A stretch of 64,000 nt of DNA, taken from positions 1,216,001 to 1,280,000 of the forward strand of contig OZ242029.1 in the NCBI GenBank assembly GCA_965205015.1, in the 5' to 3' direction. Both the position numbers and the translations under genes were made by a program. Shown piece by piece: positions 45,166 to 55,643 of the stretch. Position 1 is the stretch's first letter. Each line of letters opens with the position of its first letter. Source of the stretch: Candidatus Poribacteria bacterium (GTDB taxonomy: Bacteria > Poribacteria > WGA-4E > WGA-3G). The notes under the pieces are model-generated. The model saw only the letters and a program-made list of their open reading frames with translations, did no database searches and was not told the origin of the DNA.

Positions 45166-46418
45166 TCACGTTTTCCTTTTTTCTTTTTTTGTTCAGTATC
45201 TTTTTTGTTGGAATGAAAAAGATCAAGCTGCTGAACTTTCGGGCGGTTAGTTAAAGATGTCTGATGTAGATCTGGTTGCAATTGATCAACACGTAGAAGT
45301 TCGCCGACTGTAAACAACCGATCTCGAACGACAGACTTGCCAACTTCATTGACTGGCGCGATGATCGTATTTCCATCACACATTTCGACCGCGAGAATTG
45401 AATCCACATCCAAATGTTTGTCCTCAAGAAGATCCGGACTGTGGCTGGTAACGATGACCTGTCTTCTGTGGGCAGCATCCCGAAGCCCGTCCAGCAACAC
45501 CCCCACTGCTGCTGGATGAAGTGCTATTTCTGGTTCTTCAATTCCAATGAGTGGTACGCGTTTCTGTCCCTCATGATTTTCTTGGAGCAGTGCCACCAGA
45601 ATGCCCAACGCGCGGAGGGTACCATCAGACATATTATTTGCAAAAAATCGTCCTCGGTAACTGTCCTCTGTGACTTTCTGTCTGAACACTAACGTCTGCT
45701 TGGGACCAAACGTTTTGACATTCACCTCACGAACACTAGGATCAACTAACGCTAAACATTCCTCAATGTCTTGCTTTACAATGGGTGATAACTGATTGAG
45801 AACACTGGTAAGGTTACTCCCATCACGCAGAAGCATATCTCCAAGATCCGGGTCTTGGAGGTCTCGGATTCTATCCAAATTGAGGTTATAAAATTCCATT
45901 CGAGAAAATGCTTCATAAACACGGCGAAATTCAGGCAGCCCAGACGCATTTACCAAATAGAGTCGATCCGTTGCAGCCGTCGGTGCGACTTCCACACTTG
46001 TGTCGGTTACAGTCCCATTCTTAACACGAAAGTATTTTTCTGACGTGCAGCCCAGCTCGTTTTGAACGCTACATTCTTCCGTCTGAACCTCGCACCCTCC
46101 TGGAGAACGCTTCCTAATTTGGAAAGCATAGTGTCCCGTTAAACCTTCAGGTAAAACGAATTCAAGGCGAATACTGAAATGGTTCGGGTACCTCCGAGAT
46201 CGATGGCAGACATTATTGATTCCACCTCGATCGCGTATGGCGTGATCCAGCGACATATTTAACGCATCGGCAACGAATCGGAGGGCATCCAAAAAATTGC
46301 TCTTGCCCGCGCCGTTGCGCCCCACAAGGAAGATCAAGGGTCCCAACCGGACATCACAGACGGCGATACTCTTATAGTTTTTCAGAACCACTCTTGTAAT
46401 AAACGTCGGATCTTTCAT
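45162..46418 (-). CDS. AAA_21/AbiEii-like ABC-family ATPase
   Basis: NYKSI, GRNGAGKSN, MSDGT, IEEPE..LHP, TSHSP motifs. Confidence 0.88.
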   Translation of the reverse strand: MKDPTFITRVVLKNYKSIAVCDVRLGPLIFLVGRNGAGKSNFLDALRFVADALNMSLDHAIRDRGGINNVCHRSRRYPNHFSIRLEFVLPEGLTGHYAFQIRKRSPGGCEVQTEECSVQNELGCTSEKYFRVKNGTVTDTSVEVAPTAATDRLYLVNASGLPEFRRVYEAFSRMEFYNLNLDRIRDLQDPDLGDMLLRDGSNLTSVLNQLSPIVKQDIEECLALVDPSVREVNVKTFGPKQTLVFRQKVTEDSYRGRFFANNMSDGTLRALGILVALLQENHEGQKRVPLIGIEEPEIALHPAAVGVLLDGLRDAAHRRQVIVTSHSPDLLEDKHLDVDSILAVEMCDGNTIIAPVNEVGKSVVRDRLFTVGELLRVDQLQPDLHQTSLTNRPKVQQLDLFHSNKKDTEQKKKKGKRE

Positions 46419-46469
46419 GTTATTAAACCTCACCTTGGTGCCTCGCTGGAGTAAGGATGCCATGTGCAG

Positions 46470-47321
46470 CTACGCTACTGGGAATCCGTCACCGACAAGC
46501 CGTTCACCATCGGCGACCTCGATGGTTGGCACGAGGACGTGGTTCGGGGATTGCGCGTTGTTATAACAGACATCTTGCGCCATGAAAATCATGACAAAGG
46601 CGCGGCGTTGACGCTCCGTGACATTCGGCGGCGTGCCGTGCCAGTTCAGGCAGTGATGAAACATGCATTCGCCGGCTTTCAGTTCCACCGGAATGCCGTG
46701 ATTGATGCTCAATTCCCGTCTTTCTGCCCACTGGTCAGGCGGCGGTTCTCGCCCTGCCTCGCGCGCCTTCGCCGCTGCTGCATTTGCTGCAGCCCTCGCG
46801 GCGACGGAAAAACGTTCGTCTTTGTGGCTCTTCGGCATAACGTGCATGCACCCGCTCTCCACCGTGGCATCGTCCAACGCGAGCCAGCAGCTCACAATAT
46901 TCGGTGGACTGAGGGGCCAAAAGAAAAAATCGTGATGGAATGCGAAATGCCCGTTATCCTCTGGAGGTTTGGAAATCACCTGATCGTGCCAGAGACGGAC
47001 CTCAGGTGTATCCAGCAGGGCGCGTGCTGTCCCAGCGATGAGTGGGTGATGAATGGCTGCCTCATAATGTGGCTCCCGCTTCCACATGTTAACGTACTGA
47101 TGAATCGCGCGCGGGTGCCCACTGCCCCGATTGAGTCGGTTCTCGCGTCGGTCGTGTCCGTATTTGAACTCCGGCGAGGAATCGTCGCCCTCGTTAAGTT
47201 CCAATTCAATCACTGCATCTAACCCCGCGCGCATGGCTGCAACGCCATCGCTATCTAAAACGCTCCCAAACTTGAGATAGCCGTTTTCCTGAAAAAAATC
47301 AACCTGTTCTTGTGTTACCAT
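46470..47321 (-). CDS. Phytanoyl-CoA dioxygenase (PhyH) family Fe(II)/2OG oxygenase
   Basis: FFQENGY, H.D motif (FHHD), WLALDDAT..SGC, distal WHG. Confidence 0.9.
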   Translation of the reverse strand: MVTQEQVDFFQENGYLKFGSVLDSDGVAAMRAGLDAVIELELNEGDDSSPEFKYGHDRRENRLNRGSGHPRAIHQYVNMWKREPHYEAAIHHPLIAGTARALLDTPEVRLWHDQVISKPPEDNGHFAFHHDFFFWPLSPPNIVSCWLALDDATVESGCMHVMPKSHKDERFSVAARAAANAAAAKAREAGREPPPDQWAERRELSINHGIPVELKAGECMFHHCLNWHGTPPNVTERQRRAFVMIFMAQDVCYNNAQSPNHVLVPTIEVADGERLVGDGFPVA

Positions 47322-47382
47322 TTCGTTCCTCCATGTGTCAATTGTCCTACGCCTGAATTGGGGGTCTCCTTCTACTAACCCA

Positions 47383-48141
47383 TCAGATCGGAAATTGATG
47401 ATTGCCCGCCGTCAACCCACCATCAATGACGAAGATTGCCCCTGTTGCAAAACTGGCTTCATCGGAGGCGAGGAAGAGCGCGGCATTCGCGATGTCAATC
47501 GGTTGCCCAATCCGTCCTAACGGATACCAGGGCGTGATTTCGTCGAGAATCTGTGGGTTACGCTCCATCATCGGCTCCCAAACTTCGGTTTGAATCGTTC
47601 CGGGACAGATACAGTTGATACGGATGTTGTCTTTACCGTGTGCGACTGCCATTGAGCGGGTCAAAGCAATAACGCCACCTTTCGCAGCAGAATACGCATG
47701 GATCGCCTGTAACCCGATGAGACCATTGACAGAAGCGATATTGACGATACTACCGCCGCCAGCCGCTTGCATCACGGGGATAACGGCGTTGGAACAGTGG
47801 CTGGTGCCTTGGAGCGCGACCGCTAAGTTTGCTTCCCAGTTGTTGTTCAGCACATCGGCAGTGGAACAGATAGCGTTGTTCACCAAAATATCAACCGTGC
47901 CGTAGGCATCAACAGTTCTCCCAATCAGACCTTCTGCATCGGCAGTATCAGAGACATCGGCATTGACGAAGAGTGCTTCGCCTCCGGCATCGGTTATAGC
48001 AGCGACGGTTGCTGTGCCGAGGGCATCATTCACGTCATCAACGACAACTTTCGCTCCTTCTTCGGCGAACCGAAGGGCAACTGCCCTGCCGATACCGCGT
48101 CCAGCTCCTGTGACAATGGCTATTTTATTATCCAACCGCAT
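47383..48141 (-). CDS. Short-chain dehydrogenase/reductase
   Basis: TGAGRGIG, NNA, YSAAK motifs. Confidence 0.95.
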   Translation of the reverse strand: MRLDNKIAIVTGAGRGIGRAVALRFAEEGAKVVVDDVNDALGTATVAAITDAGGEALFVNADVSDTADAEGLIGRTVDAYGTVDILVNNAICSTADVLNNNWEANLAVALQGTSHCSNAVIPVMQAAGGGSIVNIASVNGLIGLQAIHAYSAAKGGVIALTRSMAVAHGKDNIRINCICPGTIQTEVWEPMMERNPQILDEITPWYPLGRIGQPIDIANAALFLASDEASFATGAIFVIDGGLTAGNHQFPI

Positions 48142-48299
48142 TTTTTGTCCTATCTCTTTTTTGTGAGAATTGAGGATATTAAAGACGGCTTTTGAATTAT
48201 AGAATCTGCCGCGTTCACCCTCTGAAAAATCATATTTTGTATGGTATAATGAAGAGTGAATGAATATGCTGCGGAAGTATTCTATTCCGCGAGATTTAC

Positions 48300-49061
48300 C
48301 TAATGTTGTAGCGTCTGCGAGATGAAAAGTTTCGTGCGTTCGTGCTGTGGGTTGTCAAAGAAATCTGCGGGTGCTGCGTCCTCGACAATCGCCCCCTCAT
48401 CAAAGAAAAGGATCCGATCGGCGACCTCGCGTGCAAATCCCATTTCATGCGTCACGACAAGCATCGTCATGCCAGAGCGCGCAAGTTCACGCATCACGTC
48501 CAACACTTCCGTAATCATCTCCGGGTCCAGGGCACTCGTCGGTTCATCGAAAAGCATAATCTTCGGTTCCATTGCCAGTGCCCTTGCGATTGCGACTCGC
48601 TGCTGTTGACCCCCCGAAATTTCTGAGGGATACTTGTACGCCTGATCTGCGATATCCACCCGTTCTAAAAGCGATAAAGCGATCTCTTCGGCTTCACTTT
48701 TCGTCATCTTCCTGACCCGGATGGGACCTAAGGTGATATTCTGTAGGTTCGTCAGGTGGGGAAACAGATTGAACTGCTGGAACACCATACCGACTTCTTG
48801 ACGGATGAGATTGATATTTCGGAGATCATCGCTGAGCTCAACGCCATCAACGATAATTGTGCCACGCTGATGCTCCTCCAAACGGTTTAACGTTCGGATG
48901 AATGTAGACTTCCCGGAGCCAGAGGGACCGCATATCACCGCCCTTTCGCCTTTTTCAAATGAGGTCGTAATCCCTTTGAGGACGTGAAAATCGTCAAACC
49001 ATTTGTGTACATCCTCACAGACGATAATCGGATCGCTTGACGCGTTTTCAAGGTGTTCCAT
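48300..49061 (-). CDS. aapP: General L-amino acid ABC transporter ATP-binding subunit
   Basis: [26 protein letters not shown]; operon context. Confidence 0.88.
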   Translation of the reverse strand: MEHLENASSDPIIVCEDVHKWFDDFHVLKGITTSFEKGERAVICGPSGSGKSTFIRTLNRLEEHQRGTIIVDGVELSDDLRNINLIRQEVGMVFQQFNLFPHLTNLQNITLGPIRVRKMTKSEAEEIALSLLERVDIADQAYKYPSEISGGQQQRVAIARALAMEPKIMLFDEPTSALDPEMITEVLDVMRELARSGMTMLVVTHEMGFAREVADRILFFDEGAIVEDAAPADFFDNPQHERTKLFISQTLQH

Positions 49062-49152
49062 TTTTTATTTTCCTTGTAGTGGCTGTGGACGTTATAGCCA
49101 TCAGCGATCAGGGATCAGCAGTGAGTCGGGATTGGAAATCCCGCCTACCGTG

Positions 49153-50334
49153 TTAGATTTCTCCGACGCCGAGGGCTGTTTCAATTTCCTGGCTGACATA
49201 GGACATCGAATAACTGAAAACGAAATAGATAATTGCAGCGAACAGATAGACCTCGGCTTGCAGTCCGAACCAATCTGGATTGGCGATAACACTTCTGGCG
49301 ACACCTAAGAGGTCGATAAGCCCGATGATAGCAACTAAGGATGTGTCCTTAAACAACGCGATGAATTGTCCAACAATCGCTGGAATGACCGCCCGGAGTG
49401 CTTGCGGTAAGACGATAAACAGCATTGTCTGCACGTAGTTAAGTCCTATCGCTTGTGCAGCCTCATGTTGTCCGCGCGGAATCCCTTGGAGTCCCCCACG
49501 AACGTTCTCTGCCATGTAGGCAGCAGAGAAGAAGGTGATTGCGAGCTCCATCCGTAAAACCTGGTTAATATCAAGCCCCGGCATGAAGATCGGTATCAAG
49601 ATATTCCCCATAAATAGGATTGTTATCAACGGCACACCGCGAACCATCTCAATATAAGCCGTCGAAACCCATCGGATAGCAGGAAGATCGCTCTGACGGC
49701 AGAGTGCTAAAAACACACCAAGCGGAAAAGAGACGACGATACCCACAACCGCTAAAATCAGGGTCAATAGCAGTCCACCCCAATTGCTTGTGAGAACACC
49801 ATTCTCCCCGAACCCGCGTAACACGATCATTATCAAGGGAAAGGAGAGCAACCACCCTCCCAAAATCCAAGGGCGTAACCCTGTTCTGCCACGCCCAAGC
49901 AAAAGCGCGGCTGTTGTTGTGACTACGGCACCTAAAAACCACCCTCGCGTCGAGAGTTCAAAGGGGAGCAGAGCCCCAATGAACCAAATACCGCCAAGCA
50001 CAACGGCAAATCGGAGAATCAAGCCACCCCACATTCCGGCACTCAAACCCACAAGCACGCACAAGATATAAATCACACTCCATACGCGCCATATCTGTTC
50101 CCGTGGATAAGACCCGACGCCAAAGAGCTGAAGGTTCGCCGGAATAACACCCCACTCTGCTTCTGTAAAAGCCCACGTCAAAAGTGCCTTAAAAATAAAA
50201 AAAAGGCATATAAGCGCCAAGCAACTTAAAAGCACGTTGTACCAAGTGTTAAATAAGTTGTCCTTCATCCATCGTACGGGACTTTTTGTATGGGCTGGGG
50301 GTTTAATTTCTTGCGTAAACTCTCGTTCTTCCAC
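49153..50334 (-). CDS. aapM: General L-amino acid ABC transporter permease
   Basis: NLFNTW, WGGLLLTL, RGVPLI, FKDTSL motifs. Confidence 0.85.
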   Translation of the reverse strand: MEEREFTQEIKPPAHTKSPVRWMKDNLFNTWYNVLLSCLALICLFFIFKALLTWAFTEAEWGVIPANLQLFGVGSYPREQIWRVWSVIYILCVLVGLSAGMWGGLILRFAVVLGGIWFIGALLPFELSTRGWFLGAVVTTTAALLLGRGRTGLRPWILGGWLLSFPLIMIVLRGFGENGVLTSNWGGLLLTLILAVVGIVVSFPLGVFLALCRQSDLPAIRWVSTAYIEMVRGVPLITILFMGNILIPIFMPGLDINQVLRMELAITFFSAAYMAENVRGGLQGIPRGQHEAAQAIGLNYVQTMLFIVLPQALRAVIPAIVGQFIALFKDTSLVAIIGLIDLLGVARSVIANPDWFGLQAEVYLFAAIIYFVFSYSMSYVSQEIETALGVGEI

Positions 50335-50423
50335 TGTGTGATGCGCCTTCCTTATTGGTTATCGGTTGTCAGTTATCAGTATGGGTCGGGAATCGGAGTT
50401 CCCTCCTACAAAGAGGTCGTTAG

Positions 50424-51608
50424 TTATCGTCCGATTCGGTTAATCCAACGGTTGTACCAATTCATGGCGGCTGATGTCGTCAAACTCATAACCAGATAAC
50501 TCGCCATAATCATCGCGAAAACCGGAATTGATTGTCCCGTCTGCGTCATCATTGTATTTCCGACGCTCACCAGATCGGGGAAACCGATTGCAATAGCCAA
50601 ACTTGAATTTTTCGTAAGGTTCAGGTACTGACTTGTCAGCGGTGGCACAATGATAGGGATAGACTGGGGTAGAACGATTAACCGTAATGTCTGCGATTCC
50701 TTCAAACCGACGGCTCTCGCGGCTTCCCGTTGACCCTTAACGACCGATTGTATACCGCTTCTCACGATTTCGGCAATAAAAGCCCCTGTATACACAGAAA
50801 GCGCAATTAAAAGGGCAGAAAACTCTGGTGAAAAGCGCATCCCCCCTTTGAAGTTAAAACCTTGTAACACCGGTAAATCCAGCGTAAACGGTCTGGTCGG
50901 TGCGAGAAACCATCCACAAAGTGCCACGATAAGGAAGGCAGGCAGTGCCCACTTGGCACGAAAACCGGGACGGTCCAACTGTTGGAGCTTCCGCCATCGC
51001 ACGACATAGAGAACCGCCGCCAGGAGTAAACCCGCGCCAAGAAAACCGAGCCAAATTCCCAGACCTGCGGTAGGTTCAGGCGACGGTAGGTATATCCCTC
51101 GGTTGTTAATGAACACGCCTCCGAACAGTGCTATACTCTCCCTAACTCTGGGGAGTTGACCGACTACGGCAGTGTACCAAAACAGAATCTGCAGCAGGAG
51201 GGGAATGTTCCGGAAACATTCAACATAAGCGGTCGCTATCGTTCGGATTAACCAGTTACTCGACAGTCGAGCGATGCCGAAAAGGAGTCCCAGCAACGTC
51301 GCACAGACGATCCCTATGATGCTGACTTTAAGGGTATTCAGGATCCCAACCCAGAACGCCTTGAGATACACATCCGAAGGTTCATACGGAATACCCTCCG
51401 AAATGTCAAACCCGGCTTCGTCCTGAAGAAAATCGAGGTTCAGTGTTAGTCCAAGCCCACGAAGCCCCTTGAGCATGTTCGTGTAAAGAATGACTAACAA
51501 CAGGATCACACCGAGCAAGAAAATAACCTGAAACAGGACCCGTAAAACTCGGATATCTCGCCAGAAGGGGATTTTTCCCGATACAACCTTAGGTGAATTA
51601 TTTTCCAT
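50424..51608 (-). CDS. aapQ: General L-amino acid ABC transporter permease
   Basis: ARLSSNW, FRNIPLLLQ, AEIVRSGI, YLNLTKNSSL motifs. Confidence 0.85.
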   Translation of the reverse strand: MENNSPKVVSGKIPFWRDIRVLRVLFQVIFLLGVILLLVILYTNMLKGLRGLGLTLNLDFLQDEAGFDISEGIPYEPSDVYLKAFWVGILNTLKVSIIGIVCATLLGLLFGIARLSSNWLIRTIATAYVECFRNIPLLLQILFWYTAVVGQLPRVRESIALFGGVFINNRGIYLPSPEPTAGLGIWLGFLGAGLLLAAVLYVVRWRKLQQLDRPGFRAKWALPAFLIVALCGWFLAPTRPFTLDLPVLQGFNFKGGMRFSPEFSALLIALSVYTGAFIAEIVRSGIQSVVKGQREAARAVGLKESQTLRLIVLPQSIPIIVPPLTSQYLNLTKNSSLAIAIGFPDLVSVGNTMMTQTGQSIPVFAMIMASYLVMSLTTSAAMNWYNRWINRIGR

Positions 51609-51610
51609 CT

Positions 51611-52642
51611 TTAACGGAACGGCATCGAGTAGAGTAAACCGCCTTGCGTCCACGGCTTATTGACGCCACGCGGCAGGCCCAGTGGCGTCAGATTACGGTC
51701 AAAAATCTCGCCATAGTTGCCAACAGCAGCGATAACTTGGCGCGCCCAATCTTTCGAGAGCCCGAGTTTTTCACCCATGCCCCCACTTTCATCTAAACCC
51801 AAGAACCGTTTGATTTCGGGATTCTCTGTATTCTCTGGTTTAAAGGTGCTGACGTTGGCTTGCGTAATGCCGTGCTCCTCGGCGGAGAACGTGGCATAAA
51901 CGACCCAACTCACGACATCATTCCATTTGTTATCTCCATGGACGGTGACAGGCCCCAAAGGTTCTTTTGAAATGGTCACGTCAAGGATAATATGGTCATC
52001 CGGGTTTTTTAAGGATTGACGCCGGGAGACTAATTGCGACTTGTCGCTTGTCACCGCATCGCAACGTCCCTGATCGTAACTCTGGTAAAGCGTCTCAGTC
52101 TCCTCAAAGACAACAGGTTCAACTTCGATCCCTAAGGCGCGTGTCGTATCGGCGAGGTTTAACTCAGTCGTACTGCCAGCAGTGACACCGATAGTCGCAC
52201 CCGCCAGTTCCTTGAGTGATGTTACCCCCAGCTCCTTAGGGAGCATGAACCCCTGGCCGTCGTAAAAGGTCGGTGGACAGAAGTCAGCCCCGAGATCCGT
52301 GTCGCGAGTCAGGGTCCAAGTGGTGTTTCGGATAAGCACATCTATTTCGCCTGTCTGGAGAGCGGGGAAACGTTCAGCAGCCTTTAAGGGACGGAACTCA
52401 ACCTTATTCGGGTCCCCCAGAACGGCAGCGGCGATCGCCCGACCGTAATCCACGTCAAATCCCTTCCATTCACCATCCTGACCGAGGAAACCGAAACCGG
52501 GTAATTCTTTGTTTACACCACATATCAGTCGACCTCTATTTTTAACTTTGTCCAGAATCCCTTCCTCACCTTCGGCGAGTAGTGGAACTACCAATGCAAT
52601 TGCTAAAACCAATGCGGAAACGCGAAACAAAAATTTACGCAC
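51611..52642 (-). CDS. aapJ: General L-amino acid ABC transporter substrate-binding protein
   Basis: RNTTWTLTRD, FYDGQGF, ISKEPLGP, VGNYGEIF motifs. Confidence 0.9.
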   Translation of the reverse strand: MRKFLFRVSALVLAIALVVPLLAEGEEGILDKVKNRGRLICGVNKELPGFGFLGQDGEWKGFDVDYGRAIAAAVLGDPNKVEFRPLKAAERFPALQTGEIDVLIRNTTWTLTRDTDLGADFCPPTFYDGQGFMLPKELGVTSLKELAGATIGVTAGSTTELNLADTTRALGIEVEPVVFEETETLYQSYDQGRCDAVTSDKSQLVSRRQSLKNPDDHIILDVTISKEPLGPVTVHGDNKWNDVVSWVVYATFSAEEHGITQANVSTFKPENTENPEIKRFLGLDESGGMGEKLGLSKDWARQVIAAVGNYGEIFDRNLTPLGLPRGVNKPWTQGGLLYSMPFR

Positions 52643-52796
52643 AGAAATCCTCTCTTTTTAGTGTGATCCCTACCATTGGGATCGTTTAACGAAGTACCTT
52701 GATTGATTAAAGTTTGTTATAATTTGCTAACAATTTCACCAAAATCTCTTTTACGCCTTTCCCTAAAAAAGAAAAGCGGTCGCCATACTTTTATAC

Positions 52797-52825
52797 ATTT
52801 TATCAAACCGCCCCTATGTTGTCAA
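52797..52825 (-). promoter_or_regulatory. Sigma70-type promoter for the aap operon
   Basis: Minus strand TTGACA-17 bp-TAAAAT with extended TG. Confidence 0.75.
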
Positions 52826-52993
52826 GAAAATTAAAGGTTTGTCAATTTGCCCCATTCCGTGCAACTAAACACAAAGTATGCCCTATATCGTGCAGTATTT
52901 TCTCGGGACTCGCCTAAAGATCACAGCAGTCGGTATGGCGCAGATCGGCACAAAATTTGCTACAGTAAAGATGGATTTTACTATAAACGATAC

Positions 52994-53022
52994 TTGACAT
53001 ATTTCGGAAACCTTGTTAGTAT
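52994..53022 (+). promoter_or_regulatory. Sigma70-type promoter for the TPR gene
   Basis: TTGACA-17 bp-TAGTAT with extended TG. Confidence 0.65.
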
Positions 53023-53055
53023 AGTTTGAACCAATACTTGTCAAGGAGAAAAAAG

Positions 53056-54294
53056 ATGAAGAAGTTTATAATCGCAGAAATTTGCGTTGTGCTCGCGCTC
53101 GCCATCGGGTTTTGGCTCGGCCGCATCACGGGCACCGACACGAGTTACGAAAACTACTACGACAACGCCGACAAAGCATGGACAGCAGCACAACACATCG
53201 ACAATCCGCCAATAACACTTGATGAACCCGACAAAAACCGTTTACGCACAGTTCGAGCTGCATATCGCGAAGTTTTTGACAAATATCCTGACAGTTTATG
53301 GGCAGATGATGCCATCTACCAACTTGCTTCACGGATCCCACGGACTGATGAAGAGGCTTTCGCACTCTTTCGTCGACTTATCAACAATTATCCAGATAGC
53401 GAGTGGGCAGACGATTCGATGTACGCCATCGCTTTCGCCTCTTATCAGATCGCCGAGCAGTTAAAAAAGACGGGTACGCTTGAATCCGTAGATGCTTACT
53501 ATGACCGTGCGCTCGCGCTTTATAACCAACTGACTGTAATATACCCGGGCAGTGAACTCTCAGATCAGGCGGAGTTTAATAAAGCGATGTGTTACTATGG
53601 AAAGGGTGAATTGAACCTCGCGCTTGCTCAGTTTGATGCGCTCAGAGAACCGTTTAGCGACAGCCCATTGCTCTACCAGATTCTATACGTCACCGGCGAA
53701 ATTTACATTAAGAAGCAGGACTATGAAAGCGCGCGAGTGGAATTTACAAACGTCGTTGATTCCGGAGATCCCGACCTTTCACCGCTTGCGAGTTTCGGCA
53801 TTCCACAAACTTACCTTGCGGAAGGGAAATACCAAGAAGCGATCGACGGCTACCAGAGAGTCATAGACCTCTATCCAGACGCCAAGGTGGGTCAGGATGC
53901 GTACTTCTATATGGGGTGGGCGTATGAACGGCTTGGCAAATATGACGAAGCCATCGCTCGACTTGAGGAAGCTATCGACCTGTATCCGCGTAATGAAAAT
54001 GCTGCCAACTCACAGATTTATATCGGGCAAATTGCCTACGCCAATAACGACATGGCGAGTGCCATTGACGCGTATCAGAAGGTCGCAGATAACAGTACTT
54101 ACGATTACGATAACCGGCGACAGGCACAGTACTGGGTAGGCAAAATCCATGAGGACGGTGGCGATACGGATTCAGCAGTAGACGCCTACCAGAAGTTGAT
54201 CACAGAATTCCCGGAACCGCACAAAGAGGCAACCCATCCATCGAATAATATCAATGAGAACTACATCCAAAATTTAAGGAGTGCAGGCCTCTAA
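53056..54294 (+). CDS. Membrane-anchored TPR protein (BamD/CpoB-like repeats)
   Basis: N-terminal TM; repeated YP.S..A..A.Y TPR units; ATG with SD aaggag; 21-bp convergent overlap with the next gene. Confidence 0.85.
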   Translation: MKKFIIAEICVVLALAIGFWLGRITGTDTSYENYYDNADKAWTAAQHIDNPPITLDEPDKNRLRTVRAAYREVFDKYPDSLWADDAIYQLASRIPRTDEEAFALFRRLINNYPDSEWADDSMYAIAFASYQIAEQLKKTGTLESVDAYYDRALALYNQLTVIYPGSELSDQAEFNKAMCYYGKGELNLALAQFDALREPFSDSPLLYQILYVTGEIYIKKQDYESARVEFTNVVDSGDPDLSPLASFGIPQTYLAEGKYQEAIDGYQRVIDLYPDAKVGQDAYFYMGWAYERLGKYDEAIARLEEAIDLYPRNENAANSQIYIGQIAYANNDMASAIDAYQKVADNSTYDYDNRRQAQYWVGKIHEDGGDTDSAVDAYQKLITEFPEPHKEATHPSNNINENYIQNLRSAGL

Positions 54295-55479
54295 CGCCTG
54301 TCCGAGGTCGGCGATAATATCTTCGGCATCTTCCAGCCCAACGGAAATCCTGACTAAGCCGTCCGTAATGCCGGTCCGCCGACGAATTTCTGCGGGAACA
54401 TGTGAATGCGTCGTTGACGCCGGATGGCAGATGAGGGTGCGTACGTCTCCCAAACTGACTGCCAACGAACAGAGCTGGAGGTGATCAACGAGGTGCTCGC
54501 CTGCGGTGCGTCCACCTTTCAACTCTAACGTTATCATGCCACCAAACGCATCCATCTGGCGTCTGGCGAGTTCATGTTGCGGGTGACTCGATAAACTGGG
54601 ATGCCGGACCCATGACACCGCCGGATGCGCCTCAAGAAACGCTGCGACACGTGTAGCGTTTTCACTGTGTCGCTCAAACCGTAGCGGTAGCGTAGCGAGA
54701 CCGTGAAGTGTTAACCATGCGTTGAACGGACTGATAACTGCTCCAAAATTTCGGAGTGCCCCCTCCTTGGCACGCACAACGAATTCTTTTTGCCCAATCA
54801 TCGCCCCCGCGATAACGGCACCAGAACCACTCATGTACTTCGTCATGCTGTGAACGACGACATCAATACCAAAGGTAATCGGTTGCTGACCGCATGGCGT
54901 GGCGAAGGTGTTGTCAATCATTGAGGTTACACCGTGCGCTTTTGCAATCTCGGCAGCTGCCTGTAAGTCAACCAGCTTTAGGAGTGGATTTGTTGGGCTT
55001 TCAAGGTAAAGGACTTTGGTGTCCGCTCGGATAGCGTGCGCAACTTGTGTAGCATCTGTGGCATCAACAAACGTCGTCTCAATCCCGAATCGTGGGAACT
55101 CCTCATTGAGGATTTGGAAAGTCGCAGAATAGAGGTTCTCCATGGCGACAACATGTCCACCCTCCGCCAAAGCCGTAAGGAGTGCCGTGCTGACGGCTCC
55201 CATCCCTGACGCGGTAGCGAGTGCGGCTTCACCGGCTTCTAGGACAGCGAGTTTCTGTTCTAACACCTCTTGTGTTGGATTCCCCCAGCGCGTATAGACA
55301 TAACCGCTCTCTTCATCTTGGAACGCCTCGGCGCATTCAGCGGCTGTTGCGAAACGGAACGTGCTGTTCTGATAGATAGGCGGTAACAAAGGAACCCCTG
55401 TTTTTTCGGTAGAGGATGCCCGCGTTTCGCCCGCATGGATGGCTTGGGTGGCTTTACCTAAATTTTTTTGAGATGCCAT
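54274..55479 (-). CDS. PLP-dependent trans-sulfuration enzyme (methionine gamma-lyase / cystathionine gamma-synthase family)
   Basis: YTRWGNPT, SGMGA, ESPTNP, DNTFATP, HSMTKY, AVSLG, RISVGLE motifs. Confidence 0.9.
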   Translation of the reverse strand: MASQKNLGKATQAIHAGETRASSTEKTGVPLLPPIYQNSTFRFATAAECAEAFQDEESGYVYTRWGNPTQEVLEQKLAVLEAGEAALATASGMGAVSTALLTALAEGGHVVAMENLYSATFQILNEEFPRFGIETTFVDATDATQVAHAIRADTKVLYLESPTNPLLKLVDLQAAAEIAKAHGVTSMIDNTFATPCGQQPITFGIDVVVHSMTKYMSGSGAVIAGAMIGQKEFVVRAKEGALRNFGAVISPFNAWLTLHGLATLPLRFERHSENATRVAAFLEAHPAVSWVRHPSLSSHPQHELARRQMDAFGGMITLELKGGRTAGEHLVDHLQLCSLAVSLGDVRTLICHPASTTHSHVPAEIRRRTGITDGLVRISVGLEDAEDIIADLGQALEACTP

Positions 55480-55511
55480 GAAACTCCTTGGAGGTTTTGT
55501 ACTGGAAGAAT

Positions 55512-55643
55512 TTGTGGGCACCCACAAGGGGTGCCCCTACAAGACGCATACATATTTTGATAAATCACCTTAATTGATCAATTGCGGGCATCCACAAGGG
55601 GTGCCCCTACAAGACGCATACATATTTTGATAAATCACCTTAA
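55512..55643. repeat. Tandem duplication (70-bp period) containing a REP-like gggcacccacaaggggtgcccctac hairpin
   Basis: Copies 55512..55573 and 55582..55643; related single copy at about 62014..62039. Confidence 0.9.

Noticed and set aside
46464-47222. 252-aa plus-strand ORF, and similar long antisense ORFs such as 7924..8754 and 484..1281
   Set aside because: Shadow ORFs opposite well-supported genes, with no recognisable motifs
54274-55479. Link between the Met gamma-lyase-like gene and selenium supply for the selenoproteins
   Set aside because: About 28 kb from the nearest Sec gene with no sequence evidence of coupling
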